A DNA stretch of 64,000 nt from Candidatus Aenigmatarchaeota archaeon (GCA_016181005.1 JACPAE010000004.1:5078-69077); one strand, 5' to 3'. Positions 9,999-19,797 are shown, numbered from the stretch's first letter. Made by a program: numbers and translations. The notes: generated by a model not told the origin, from the sequence alone.

Positions 9999-10457
9999 AT
10001 GAGGAAAGGACAAACTGCTTTAGAATATCTAATGACATACGGTTGGGCTATTCTTATAGTAATTATCGTTATAGGAGCACTTTATGCTCTAGGTTTGACA
10101 AAGACGTGCAGGTGGACTGGAACTCAGGTAACCGGCTTTACAGGCGGAGGCTTTCAGGCAGCTACGCCCAAAGTTGATGCAAGCGATGCAAGTCTAGTTT
10201 TCGATTTAAATAGGATAGGAGCTTCAACCGTCACGTACAACAACTCAACAGCCACAATTAGTGGCTCATCGCAGTCAGGTACACTGACAGGAGGCTCTGC
10301 AACAATAGCAAACGGCGACACAAGAGTGCTGACATTCAGCGGGTTTACAGGGCTGGTTTCAGGTGACTGCTATGCAATCGACGTTTCAATATCATACACA
10401 GAAGATGGAAGAGTTTTTACCTCTGCCGGAAGAATTAGCGGAGCAATAGAAGCTTAA
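9999..10457 (+). CDS. Pilin with canonical class III signal peptide (candidate major pilin)
   Basis: MRKGQTALEYLMTYGWAILIVIIVIGALYAL. Small, Thr/Ser/Gly-rich mature domain. Monocistronic with its own AT-rich upstream region. Confidence 0.7.
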   Translation: MRKGQTALEYLMTYGWAILIVIIVIGALYALGLTKTCRWTGTQVTGFTGGGFQAATPKVDASDASLVFDLNRIGASTVTYNNSTATISGSSQSGTLTGGSATIANGDTRVLTFSGFTGLVSGDCYAIDVSISYTEDGRVFTSAGRISGAIEA

Positions 10458-10458
10458 A

Positions 10459-11961
10459 TTACATAAAAGTTTCCAAGTCCTTGTCGCTGATTTTCGCATT
10501 ATTAAAATTCTTAATGTCGTCTTCTAACCTGACAGATTTCTCCACAGACTTGCTCTGTCTTTCCCTCACGTTTATCAGGATAGGATAGTTGACAGCCTCC
10601 CCGACTATGTAAACCTCTCCCACTTTCAAGCCCGGTATGGAGTCGAGTATGCCGCCGGTGACACCTTCCGAGCTTTCCTTTATGTGGTCAATATCATAAG
10701 GGTTGGTTACGCGCATAATCATATGAGTGTTGCATTGGGACAGCGCTGTTGTTGAAAGTCCTGCCGGCCTTTGAGTAATCAGAGCCAAGCAGGCGTTGAA
10801 CTTCCTGCCTTCCCTTGCAATCTGCTCTATTATGCCTCTGGACAGCGCATGCTCATAATCTTCCCCCTCCGGCGCAAATTGGTGGGCCTCTTCGACAAAA
10901 AGGACAAACGGCGATATCTTTTTTCCCCTTCTCGCGTCGAACAATTCCCTAGCAAAGTACGACACGATTATCTGCTTCCTCTTCTTGTCTACTATGTCCG
11001 ACAGGTCAAGTATGCTGAGATTGCCTTGGAATGCAAGATCCTTTATGGTTGGATAGTCTCTGTTACTGAACAGTCCTGTCTGGTTCAGCTCGTGCATCCA
11101 GGAAAGCATCGCTGATTTTGTTGCGTCCTTGATGCTGCTGTCCTGCACCGCGGTGATCAAGTCTTCCATGTCGTATGCCGGCTTTGCTGCCTTCAGATTT
11201 TTCATCACAGGCGCTATTTCCCTTCTCTGTACAGGCGACATCTTCGGCATCAGCGCGGACATCTCGTAAGGAGATAGGCTATGCGTTGCGATTGAGATAT
11301 CCTTGCCGTCATAGATTTTAGTGGACTTCCTGTATCCCTCGTCCTTTTCAAAGCCGCCGTATTCCCCATGCGGATCTATAAGAATTATTGAAGGCCTTGA
11401 GTTTCTATCTTTGTTGAGCAACTCTTCAATCAAGACAGATACAGTATAGCTTTTACCGGCACCTGATATTGCAAGAATTGCCAAGTGCTTCTGGAACAAT
11501 CGTGTGAGATTCAACTTTGCGTCAACATTGTGAAATTCTATCCTGCCAATTGAAAGGCCATTGACCTCATCCAAACCGAGAAAATTATTGAGTATCTTTT
11601 CGTCCACTGCGTAAACTTTGCTGCTGGGGGAAATCGGGAATGTTACCCTTTTTTGCCTATTGCTTGAAAGAACACCTAATGGATGAGCCTGCGCAACAAG
11701 ATATTCCCACCTGTCAACTGGAAACTGCTCTATCAAAGGCCTGCCGGATTTTTCAAACTCGCTTACGGACTCTGGACGTGTATAATAGCGGTTTGTTTTT
11801 ATTATTTCTTCAACCCTAGCAACTAAAAGGCCGTCATGGGAATCTATCTGGACAAACTGCCCTTTCCTTACAGGGACGCCTTTGTTGTCGTTTATGACGA
11901 ACCAGAATTCTTGGCTGCTCGGGCCTGTCTCGGTTGAAACCACAGTTCCTATTTCCTGCAT
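10459..11961 (-). CDS. herA: HerA-type hexameric helicase/ATPase (DUF87 family)
   Basis: N-terminal HAS-barrel-like segment (GTVVSTETGPSSQEFWFVI...KGQFVQI), Walker A ILAISGAGKSYT, Walker B LFVEEAHQFAP. Confidence 0.8.
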   Translation of the reverse strand: MQEIGTVVSTETGPSSQEFWFVINDNKGVPVRKGQFVQIDSHDGLLVARVEEIIKTNRYYTRPESVSEFEKSGRPLIEQFPVDRWEYLVAQAHPLGVLSSNRQKRVTFPISPSSKVYAVDEKILNNFLGLDEVNGLSIGRIEFHNVDAKLNLTRLFQKHLAILAISGAGKSYTVSVLIEELLNKDRNSRPSIILIDPHGEYGGFEKDEGYRKSTKIYDGKDISIATHSLSPYEMSALMPKMSPVQRREIAPVMKNLKAAKPAYDMEDLITAVQDSSIKDATKSAMLSWMHELNQTGLFSNRDYPTIKDLAFQGNLSILDLSDIVDKKRKQIIVSYFARELFDARRGKKISPFVLFVEEAHQFAPEGEDYEHALSRGIIEQIAREGRKFNACLALITQRPAGLSTTALSQCNTHMIMRVTNPYDIDHIKESSEGVTGGILDSIPGLKVGEVYIVGEAVNYPILINVRERQSKSVEKSVRLEDDIKNFNNAKISDKDLETFM

Positions 11962-11993
11962 AGTTTTTAACTTGATTGTTAAAAGATAAAAGT

Positions 11994-12767
11994 ATGCAAG
12001 TAAAGTTTTTGACCGACTATCCTGCCGCGTTCATCTCGGAAGAGAAGATGCTTGTAATTTCCGACATCCACATAGGCGTGGAATCCGAGCTTGGAAAGCT
12101 GGGGGTGAGGATCCACAAGCAGATAGAAAAATTCACGTCAGTGCTCGACAAGCTGATAGAAGAGACCAAGGCTGATACTTTGGTAATTCTCGGTGACGTG
12201 AAGCATAAAGTCCCCGGAGCATCAATGCAGGAGCTGAGGGACATACCGAAATTCCTCAACCACCTTTCAACCAAGGCAAAGATAATAATCTGCAAAGGAA
12301 ACCACGATGACTTTCTGGAAAAATTAATTCCGGCAAATGTAAAGCTTTACGGCAGTAAAGGATTCAGGAAAGGCAAATACGGCTTCTTCCACGGTCATGC
12401 CTGGCCGTCAAAGGCTCTGCTAAAATGCGATTACATTTTCATGGGACACTTGCAACCTGCAGTCGAATTCAGAGACAAACTCGGATACAGGTCTCGTCAG
12501 CAGGTGTGGCTCAAAGGTAAAATGGACGAAAAAGTCATGAAAAAGAAATACAAAACCAATAAGACAGGAAAACTTGACGTAATAGTCGTACCATCATTCA
12601 ATCCAATGCTTGGAAGCCTTAATGTCATGGCCAAAAAAAATCTCTCAGGACCGTTGTTAGCAAACAATGCAGTAAATCTGGAAGAAATGAAAGCATACCT
12701 TTTAGATGGAACTAGTTTAGGCATGTTAAAGAACATAAGAAAAAAGTTTCGGATGTATAATATTTAA
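11994..12767 (+). CDS. SbcD/Mre11-related calcineurin-like metallophosphoesterase (short archaeal form)
   Basis: Phosphoesterase motifs ISDIHIG, ILGDVKH, KGNHDD, FFHGH, FMGHLQP. The ORF track starts at a TTG at 11976; the first ATG is at 11994. Confidence 0.7.
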   Translation: MQVKFLTDYPAAFISEEKMLVISDIHIGVESELGKLGVRIHKQIEKFTSVLDKLIEETKADTLVILGDVKHKVPGASMQELRDIPKFLNHLSTKAKIIICKGNHDDFLEKLIPANVKLYGSKGFRKGKYGFFHGHAWPSKALLKCDYIFMGHLQPAVEFRDKLGYRSRQQVWLKGKMDEKVMKKKYKTNKTGKLDVIVVPSFNPMLGSLNVMAKKNLSGPLLANNAVNLEEMKAYLLDGTSLGMLKNIRKKFRMYNI

Positions 12768-12791
12768 GTACCTCAATAGTAATTAGTTGTT

Positions 12792-13676
12792 ATGAAAAAG
12801 TTCCTTATAGGATTGCTAAGCTTTTTGTTATTGGTCTCACCGGCATTAGCACTAAATATTTCTGTCTCTGTAGACAAAAATAAAGTCTTTATGGGAGATG
12901 AGATAACTTTGACAGGAAAAATAACATTCGATAATGGTACCTCCTCGGCATTCGATTATCGTGCCGCAGTCGTCGCACCAAAAAGAATAGTGGTTTGCGA
13001 TTCTAACAAAACAAAAACTGCTTCAGACGGCACCTTTTCACTAAAATGCAAATTACCCACTGCTCAGGAAGCCGCTAGTCTTGGCATTCCAGCTTCAGAC
13101 AGCCGTGCAGTTATACCTTATGTAGCTGGTGTCGCTGTTAAAGATCCTGCGACAAATGCAACTGTCAAGAAGCATGCGCGGGCAATATTAGCAGTCAATC
13201 AAGACAAGTTTTCCACCGAACTAAATGGCGTATCCAAAAGTTTGGACGAATTCATGACGCATGCTCAAAATTTTGTGCCTGAATGCGATCAAGTAGCAGA
13301 GAAAGCCGCAAGATACAATGTAACTGACGTTGAGACACAATGCTTGGAAATACAACAAAAAGTCAAAGATTTGATAACCGATGCGGCATCTTTGTCCGAG
13401 CAAGCACAGCAGTTGGAGAGTAATATAAGCTCGTCTGGTATAGAAAGCTTTAGAGAGGCGTTGAAAACATTGCGCGACGATCTGAAAGATTTGAGAAATG
13501 AGATAAAGGATATTAAAGAAACAATTAAATCGATCAAATGGGAAGCAAGGAAAGAAGTTAGGAAATCACAGGAAGAACTTAGAAATGAGATTGAAGAAAA
13601 AAGAACTGAAATAAAACAACAGAGAATGGAAATAAGGGACTTGAGAAATAGAACAAGAGGTGTTCAAAGTGAATAA
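12792..13676 (+). CDS. Secreted protein with a C-terminal coiled coil, function unknown
   Basis: Signal peptide MKKFLIGLLSFLLLVSPALA. Charged heptad-rich C-terminal 100 aa. Confidence 0.5.
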   Translation: MKKFLIGLLSFLLLVSPALALNISVSVDKNKVFMGDEITLTGKITFDNGTSSAFDYRAAVVAPKRIVVCDSNKTKTASDGTFSLKCKLPTAQEAASLGIPASDSRAVIPYVAGVAVKDPATNATVKKHARAILAVNQDKFSTELNGVSKSLDEFMTHAQNFVPECDQVAEKAARYNVTDVETQCLEIQQKVKDLITDAASLSEQAQQLESNISSSGIESFREALKTLRDDLKDLRNEIKDIKETIKSIKWEARKEVRKSQEELRNEIEEKRTEIKQQRMEIRDLRNRTRGVQSE

Positions 13677-13866
13677 GATTTTAATGGTAGGAGTGCTTTC
13701 ACTGATAACAATGATATTTCTAGCAGGCTGTACAACTCAGCCAACAGCACCAACTGTCACTAGTGAAAATGTAGAATCATCTTCTGCTGCAACCGAGACA
13801 GCGTCAAGCGATTTCGTCAATCAATCTACACCTACCGCCGATCAAACAGTGCCTGACTTAGCTTAA
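13660..13866 (+). CDS. Small putative lipoprotein
   Basis: Hydrophobic leader ending in the lipobox-like FLAGC, followed by a Thr/Ser-rich tail. Starts at GTG. Confidence 0.35.
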   Translation: MFKVNKILMVGVLSLITMIFLAGCTTQPTAPTVTSENVESSSAATETASSDFVNQSTPTADQTVPDLA

Positions 13867-15606
13867 TTCATCCAACAATTCTTTCTCACTTTCAGTTAAT
13901 TTACTGTAAATTTCCTTGAGAATTCTGAGATCATTGTCAGTTAGAGATGACAGTAATTTATCGCCTTCATTGATATGCCTGCCAACTGTTACATTTTCCA
14001 TGCTTATCGCAACCCTATCACTTTTTTTCGCTTCGGAGACAGTCTTTCCCTCAGACTGTATTTCCTTAACTCTACCAATAACTTTACCATCAACACGTTT
14101 TAGTTGAATACCTGATTTCAGAAAACCTCTTAATACCTCAACTCCAAAAACTGCGGGATTGGAAACCCTAAAGGTAGCTCCCTTCAAAACCAGAACTTCG
14201 GCAGGCCTGCTGACAGAAGCAAGCTTATCCTCAAAATCTCTCTCCTTTTTATGCGATACCCATTCTTTGTAGTTCTCCACCAGTCTGTAAATGATATCGC
14301 TCTCAAAGACAATAACTCCCAAGTCCTTTGCCATTGATTTGATGTCCTCAGGCGTCTGCATGTCAAAAGACAAAATAACTCTCCCTGCTTCATCCTGCGA
14401 CGTTTGTGCCTCAACTATATCTTCCTTTGTGAGTTTTCCGACGTCGGCTTTTCTTATTGGAATTCCTTCCCCACCAAGCAATTTTATCATTGCTTCCAAA
14501 CCTCCAAGAGTGTTTGCTTTGATTACAACACCCGACACATCCCTGTCGAAACTTACGCTTTCAACTTCCTGCTGCACCTGCATCTTTGCATCTTCCACAT
14601 CATCTTCAGATTTAACTGCTATTATGGGCGACCCTGCGATTACGTTCTCCAGGTTCGGCGCAGATATCCTCACGCCAATTGCAGCCTCTACACTATCTAT
14701 CTGCTCGAATTGCCTCTCAACACTCAGTTCCTGCAACTCCCTTGGCTTCAGCAGCGCTTTTACCTTGGTAACCACCGGAATTTTGCCGCCTATAACAATA
14801 AAATCACCCTTTTGCACAGACCCGTCGTAAAGAATAACATCTATGGTAGCTCCAAGCCCCCTAACTTCCTTGACTTCCAGCACAGTTCCCTTGCCGACTT
14901 GCGACAGCTCCAATTTCTCCTTCAGAAACCTCTGAGTCAGTCCTGAGAGCATCAGTAATATTTCAGGCAGGCCTTCGCCAGTCTGGCCGGAGACAGGAAC
15001 TATGGCAACAGTTTTTGTATAATCGCTCACCCTGTCAAACCTGTCAGCTTCAAAGCCTCTCTCGGCCAACTGCGACACCAGACTGTAAATTTTATTGTCC
15101 AACTCATCCTTGACGTCATCCCTCTGCTTGCCGAAGGAGTCTAGAAAGCTGGCGTTCCTGTTCTGGAACCAGCCTCTTATCTTATCGATTTTTGTCGCTG
15201 CTATGATGAACGGCGTCTTGTATTCTTTCAGTATGTTCAGAGACTCATCTGTTTGCTCCTTGAACCCCTCGTTTATGTCGATGACAAGAATTGCAATGTC
15301 GGCTATCGCACCGCCGCGTTTTCTTAAAGTTATGAAACTTGAATGGCCTGGCGAATCAATTACTAGCAGCCCCTGTATAGTAAGAGCGATATTGAATTTT
15401 TCCAAAAGATCGCCGCAGATTTTCTTGACAATCTCAACAGGCACATTAGTAGCGCCTATGGATTGCGTTATCAGTCCGGCTTCCTGATTGGCAACTGTAG
15501 TGCCTCTTATAGCATCCAGAAGAGTAGTTTTTCCATGGTCTATATGCCCCAAAACTGCAACTATAGGTTGTCTCAACATTTGTAACACCTGCCATTTTAT
15601 AACCAT
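13858..15606 (-). CDS. infB: Translation initiation factor aIF5B (IF-2 homolog)
   Basis: G1 GHIDHGKTTLLD, DSPGH, ATKID. 582 aa with the typical aIF5B domain order. Confidence 0.9.
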   Translation of the reverse strand: MVIKWQVLQMLRQPIVAVLGHIDHGKTTLLDAIRGTTVANQEAGLITQSIGATNVPVEIVKKICGDLLEKFNIALTIQGLLVIDSPGHSSFITLRKRGGAIADIAILVIDINEGFKEQTDESLNILKEYKTPFIIAATKIDKIRGWFQNRNASFLDSFGKQRDDVKDELDNKIYSLVSQLAERGFEADRFDRVSDYTKTVAIVPVSGQTGEGLPEILLMLSGLTQRFLKEKLELSQVGKGTVLEVKEVRGLGATIDVILYDGSVQKGDFIVIGGKIPVVTKVKALLKPRELQELSVERQFEQIDSVEAAIGVRISAPNLENVIAGSPIIAVKSEDDVEDAKMQVQQEVESVSFDRDVSGVVIKANTLGGLEAMIKLLGGEGIPIRKADVGKLTKEDIVEAQTSQDEAGRVILSFDMQTPEDIKSMAKDLGVIVFESDIIYRLVENYKEWVSHKKERDFEDKLASVSRPAEVLVLKGATFRVSNPAVFGVEVLRGFLKSGIQLKRVDGKVIGRVKEIQSEGKTVSEAKKSDRVAISMENVTVGRHINEGDKLLSSLTDNDLRILKEIYSKLTESEKELLDELS

Positions 15607-15694
15607 TCGACTTTAATTTATTCGGAAAGACATTCTTTTAAACCCACAAGCTACCTACAAATACTTTCCAGCACAATCATTATTCAGTGATGTT

Positions 15695-16138
15695 ATGGCT
15701 TTGGCCATGCAGGAAATAACGCCATTAGGCTTGTGCATATCCACTCAGGATCTGATAGACGGCAGGAGGTTCCAGCAGAACTTCTGCGACAACCTGCTTC
15801 TGCGCGACCGGGACAGGGAATTGCATGCGAAGCTGATGCCGATAAAGCGCGACCTGAACTCGAAGGTACAGAACAGGTATCTGGACGGCCACAAGATTGC
15901 AATCGTGAGCAACATAGACAAAATAATAGCTGTTGTATCTTCAAGGTACGCAGAGATCGATTTGAATCTGGTGGACTCGATAGTGTTCAACGGCAAGCTT
16001 CTCATACACAAGGTGCTGAACTCAGAGTCGTTCGACAAGATTGCGGAACTGGAGCCTGTCTTCAAGTCAAAAATAACACTGCCTGTGTACGATTTGTTTG
16101 TGAGAAACTCTGAGAAGAGGAATTTGTTCAAAAAATAA
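15695..16138 (+). CDS. Hypothetical protein
   Basis: Four overlapping ORFs occur here. This frame has the most protein-like composition and fits the spacing to the neighbouring genes. Confidence 0.35.
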   Translation: MALAMQEITPLGLCISTQDLIDGRRFQQNFCDNLLLRDRDRELHAKLMPIKRDLNSKVQNRYLDGHKIAIVSNIDKIIAVVSSRYAEIDLNLVDSIVFNGKLLIHKVLNSESFDKIAELEPVFKSKITLPVYDLFVRNSEKRNLFKK

Positions 16139-16148
16139 CTGGGATTAA

Positions 16149-16310
16149 ATGCCTAGCGAGCTGGAAAGGGAGATTGAAAAGCTTAGGGACAGGAAAGTAC
16201 TGATTGTGAATAAAATGAACAGGGCTACTTCGGACGAGAGGGAAGAATATGAGGAAGAATTGAAGGCCATACAAAGGCAGATAGATGTCCTGGAAAGGAT
16301 GAAGAAATAA
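16149..16310 (+). CDS. Small (53 aa) coiled-coil protein, unknown function
   Basis: Hand-translated: MPSELEREIEKLRDRKVLIVNKMNRATSDEREEYEEELKAIQRQIDVLERMKK. It fills the gap exactly up to the next start. Below the 60-aa ORF-track cutoff. Confidence 0.35.
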   Translation: MPSELEREIEKLRDRKVLIVNKMNRATSDEREEYEEELKAIQRQIDVLERMKK

Positions 16311-16311
16311 T

Positions 16312-16728
16312 ATGGGACAAAAACCTGTCGTATCAGTAGATTTAATTGTCATTAAAGACGGTAAAATTCTTCTCGGAAAAGTATCTGAGAAATGGTCTGA
16401 AAACGGGAAATATCAATGGGGTCTTCCCGGAAGAGAAATTGATTTTGGAGATAGTTTTGAACAGACGGTGAAAAAGAACTTGAAAGAAGAGCTTGGCATG
16501 GAATTGGAAAATTTCCAAGTTGTATGCACAAACAACAATTTTGGATTTGGAAATCATTACGTTGCTATCGGGATTCTGGTTGAAGGAAAGGGAGAACCAA
16601 AATTGATGAAGCCTGAAGATTGGAAAGAATGGAAATGGTTTGATAAAAACAAAATTCCAGATAAATTATTTCCTTCCGGTGAACTTACAATAAAATGTTT
16701 TTTGGAAAACAAGTCCACAATCCAGTAA
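16312..16728 (+). CDS. NUDIX hydrolase
   Basis: Nudix box GLPGREIDFGDSFEQTVKKNLKEELG. Confidence 0.8.
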   Translation: MGQKPVVSVDLIVIKDGKILLGKVSEKWSENGKYQWGLPGREIDFGDSFEQTVKKNLKEELGMELENFQVVCTNNNFGFGNHYVAIGILVEGKGEPKLMKPEDWKEWKWFDKNKIPDKLFPSGELTIKCFLENKSTIQ

Positions 16729-16733
16729 TATTT

Positions 16734-16850
16734 CTAGTATTTCCTTCCCACAACCCACCTGAAGAAGATGAATATGAACACAATAACCACTAAAGCTGCA
16801 GCGCCTATAAACCACAGCAGCGGATTTGTAAGATTGAAAAAATCCACCAT
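16734..16850 (-). CDS. Possible 38-aa single-TM peptide downstream of the surface protein gene
   Basis: Hand-translated: MVDFFNLTNPLLWFIGAAALVVIVFIFIFFRWVVGRKY. Starts 3 nt after the upstream stop. Confidence 0.25.
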   Translation of the reverse strand: MVDFFNLTNPLLWFIGAAALVVIVFIFIFFRWVVGRKY

Positions 16851-16852
16851 AA

Positions 16853-19204
16853 TTAACCGCTCGGTTGCACTTTAGGCTCCCTCTTGAATAACTTGGAAAC
16901 CAGTTCTTTTATCCTTCCAAATATCCCTTTCTTTGGAAAGGCTTCCTTTGCTTTACCCGACCAAGTGTATTCTCCAGTCTCGGGCTTGTACCCCTGCTTT
17001 GGAGGCAGGAACAAATATACAACAAAGCCGCCTATGGCAATTACAGCAATCCCTACGCCTACAAAAATCCAAATGTTGGAAAAGCCTGTGGTGCCGCCGA
17101 CTTGAGGCAGGGCTTTCAAAAGTTCCCTGGTTTCAGTAATCAGCGAGTCTATTGTCTCAAAATTCTGGTAGGCTTCAAAATATTTGCCCGAGTTCGCCTG
17201 GTTCTCAGCCTCTTGCAGTTTTGACTTGAGCTCTTCCAATTTGGCTTCGGCGTCAAGCACGTTCATCCCGGCAACCTTGTCTTTGCTGATTTCCGACTCT
17301 AGCTTCGAAACTTCCAGGGCGAACAATGCAAGCTTGTCCTTCAATTCAATTTTTGTTTCGTTCGACGGCATTATCCTTAGAGTTAAAGTTTGGTAAATGG
17401 TCCAGTTCTGACTGCTCGCGCTCAAGTTACCTATGTATTCCTTCAAATTCAAGTTACTAATGTTGAACGTTAAGACAAAATCAGCAGTTTGACCTACAAG
17501 TATATCCTTAGTGACAGGAACAAACTCAAACAAACTCCCATCTATATCGGACAGCTTCACCGATACGTTCTGCCCGACATTGCCGATGTTCTTTATTTTT
17601 ATGGTGACAGCTTTTGTCGTATTTTGCACCACTTCTACTGACGCCGGCGCCTCGACAAACATAATGTTCGCTGTGGGTGTTGACCGTATGTAAAGGATGT
17701 TTTTTTGGGAAGATGCAGTGTAATTTTGGTTCACTGTATTGTTGCAGAAGTACTCATATATGGTTCCGGCGGCAAAAGTCTGTATGTCAGGATTGTTCAC
17801 TGCTGTGCCATTTCTATACAGCTTGGGCGTAAGGATATGTACGTCCGATTTGCAAGTTACATTGGTTTGAATTGGCGAATCCAAAGTCCACTGCGGTGTT
17901 GCGTTAAGGCTCAGAGTAGGTGCAGCTTCGTTTATTGTGAAAGATCCCCTGGTGGCATTGAACGTGTGGTTGGAATAAGTTGCAAAGAGCGTCCAAACAG
18001 AGGCGCCTGCAGGAAAGCTGTTGTTGTAATGGTAGACTGTAGCAGAGTTGTTTGTCAGGGAATAGTTTGTTGCAGTTCCTGACCAACCTCCCTGGAGGGT
18101 GATGCTTGCAAATGCCGGATTGTTGTCAAAAGTAAATACAATCGAACTGCTGCCGTTGGAAAACGTGACAGGCGCCGTTGTAGATGTGCTAAATCTCGGC
18201 ACAGTCGCAGCATAGTAAATAGAGGAGTTTGATGTATAATTAGTGTTGCCGCTTGCCGTTACAGAATAGTTGTGCAGGCCGATAGTCGTTATCACATCAT
18301 CCGATCTCACGTAGGGATTTGAAGCGCCGGATGTTATTGATGTGCCGTCCCTTGACACAGCTATTGTGCAGCCTGGCTGAGAACAGGTGGCGTTCACGGT
18401 TATATTGACTGCTGTGTTGTTGATAGAGGTTATGTTGCCATTAAGAGTGCCATTCAGGAAAATACGCATCTCACTTACGGCCTTGTTCAGGTTGTAGGTA
18501 AATTGTGGCGTGGAGTTGAAGGTGTTGTTGGTGTCATTCGCATAAATCCTCCATACATAATTTCCCGCAGCTATGTCGCTGGCATTAAGATAGTAGGTGC
18601 TGCTGGAGCTGTTCATAGACTCGTTGTGCGGGGTAGAACTGCCTGTAAAGTTGTGCTCTATCAAGACCTTGGAGACGGCCACGTTGTCTGTCCACGTGGC
18701 GTTTATCCAGTACAGCTGCCCTTGCACATAAGTTGAATTTGTGCTTGGGGAGGTGGTGTTGCTTGCATATTGCGGAGCCAGTATGTCGAAAAGATTGACG
18801 CTTATGTTGGTTGAATTGAAGACACCGTTTGCATCGACGACGGATACGTTAAAGCCGTAATTTACCGGATTCGCGGGTGTAGTTGAATAAAACCAAAAAT
18901 ATTGGGTTTCACCGTTCCCGACTATGCCCACGGAAGACGTATTGCCCCAGGAGGGACTCGAAGACAATGCAGAATATCCTGTTGTGGTTGTCCCGGAAGA
19001 GCTGAATACAAAACCGGACGGAAGTGTTATGTTCGCCTGCGTTATGTTCACGCTTCCGATATTCTGGATTGTAAAGTTCAAAAGCTCTGTCTGGCCTGCA
19101 TTCACGCTAGTGGGACTGGAAGACGCAGTGAATGCCACCGCGCTCGCAATATGCGAAATGGCAAAAAAGGACAGCATGAAGACCAAACTAATCCAAATTC
19201 TCAT
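16853..19204 (-). CDS. Large cell-surface (S-layer-like) glycoprotein with a C-terminal membrane anchor
   Basis: Signal peptide MRIWISLVFMLSFFAISHIASA. About 42 N-x-S/T sequons by manual count. Membrane-proximal coiled coil, C-terminal TM IWIFVGVGIAVIAIGGFVVYLFL and a basic tail. Confidence 0.7.
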   Translation of the reverse strand: MRIWISLVFMLSFFAISHIASAVAFTASSSPTSVNAGQTELLNFTIQNIGSVNITQANITLPSGFVFSSSGTTTTGYSALSSSPSWGNTSSVGIVGNGETQYFWFYSTTPANPVNYGFNVSVVDANGVFNSTNISVNLFDILAPQYASNTTSPSTNSTYVQGQLYWINATWTDNVAVSKVLIEHNFTGSSTPHNESMNSSSSTYYLNASDIAAGNYVWRIYANDTNNTFNSTPQFTYNLNKAVSEMRIFLNGTLNGNITSINNTAVNITVNATCSQPGCTIAVSRDGTSITSGASNPYVRSDDVITTIGLHNYSVTASGNTNYTSNSSIYYAATVPRFSTSTTAPVTFSNGSSSIVFTFDNNPAFASITLQGGWSGTATNYSLTNNSATVYHYNNSFPAGASVWTLFATYSNHTFNATRGSFTINEAAPTLSLNATPQWTLDSPIQTNVTCKSDVHILTPKLYRNGTAVNNPDIQTFAAGTIYEYFCNNTVNQNYTASSQKNILYIRSTPTANIMFVEAPASVEVVQNTTKAVTIKIKNIGNVGQNVSVKLSDIDGSLFEFVPVTKDILVGQTADFVLTFNISNLNLKEYIGNLSASSQNWTIYQTLTLRIMPSNETKIELKDKLALFALEVSKLESEISKDKVAGMNVLDAEAKLEELKSKLQEAENQANSGKYFEAYQNFETIDSLITETRELLKALPQVGGTTGFSNIWIFVGVGIAVIAIGGFVVYLFLPPKQGYKPETGEYTWSGKAKEAFPKKGIFGRIKELVSKLFKREPKVQPSG

Positions 19205-19326
19205 TGAATCCTTAAAGTTTATTTAAACTTTCTAAAAGATATTGCTTCTATAGCTTCAAATTCGATGAAGACAGATGGGCGGCATGACAAAAGATGATTG
19301 GTTTGCCGAGTCCTGAGAAGAAGAGA

Positions 19327-19797
19327 CTAGACTATCTTGTAGGTGTCGCTGGCGTCACCGGCATTGATCAACACGCTCTCGGCCTCGCCTTTCCAATCAA
19401 GCTCGAGGACAACGACACTGCCCGACTTTAGAGTTAAATCGCCATTCAGTATCACTACAGGCCTGCCGTCGACATAGGCGGTGAAATTGGACAAGTCAGA
19501 CTGCCCGCTGTTGAGCACAGCCACCAGGAGGTTTCCATTGGAAGATGTGGATGTTCCAAGCACGTCTATGCTATACTGAAAGTCCTTTATCGCGGCTATG
19601 ATTTGCCCGGTTTTCGGTATGAATCTGCCAAGTACAGGCACGTTGCCAACTTCCGGGAAGGAGCCCAGTATCAGATAGCTGGAGATGAATATCAAAAGGA
19701 CCAGCAAAGCACCCAGGGCTATGTTGCCAAGTACCTTGAACAGGACATAAAACACCACGCCCAATATCGCCAGGCCGAAAATAAACTCTATTCCCAT
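19327..19797 (-). CDS. Membrane protein, unknown function
   Basis: Two N-terminal TM helices followed by a beta-rich extracellular-looking domain. Confidence 0.45.
   Translation of the reverse strand: MGIEFIFGLAILGVVFYVLFKVLGNIALGALLVLLIFISSYLILGSFPEVGNVPVLGRFIPKTGQIIAAIKDFQYSIDVLGTSTSSNGNLLVAVLNSGQSDLSNFTAYVDGRPVVILNGDLTLKSGSVVVLELDWKGEAESVLINAGDASDTYKIV

Noticed and set aside
15693-16138. Four mutually overlapping ORFs of 83-147 aa. I considered a structured ncRNA or a GC-rich non-coding island.
   Set aside because: No conserved RNA motifs or extended helices were spotted. The +1 frame (15695-16138) has ordinary protein composition and fits operon spacing with the following small ORF and the NUDIX gene. 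It is kept as a low-confidence CDS.
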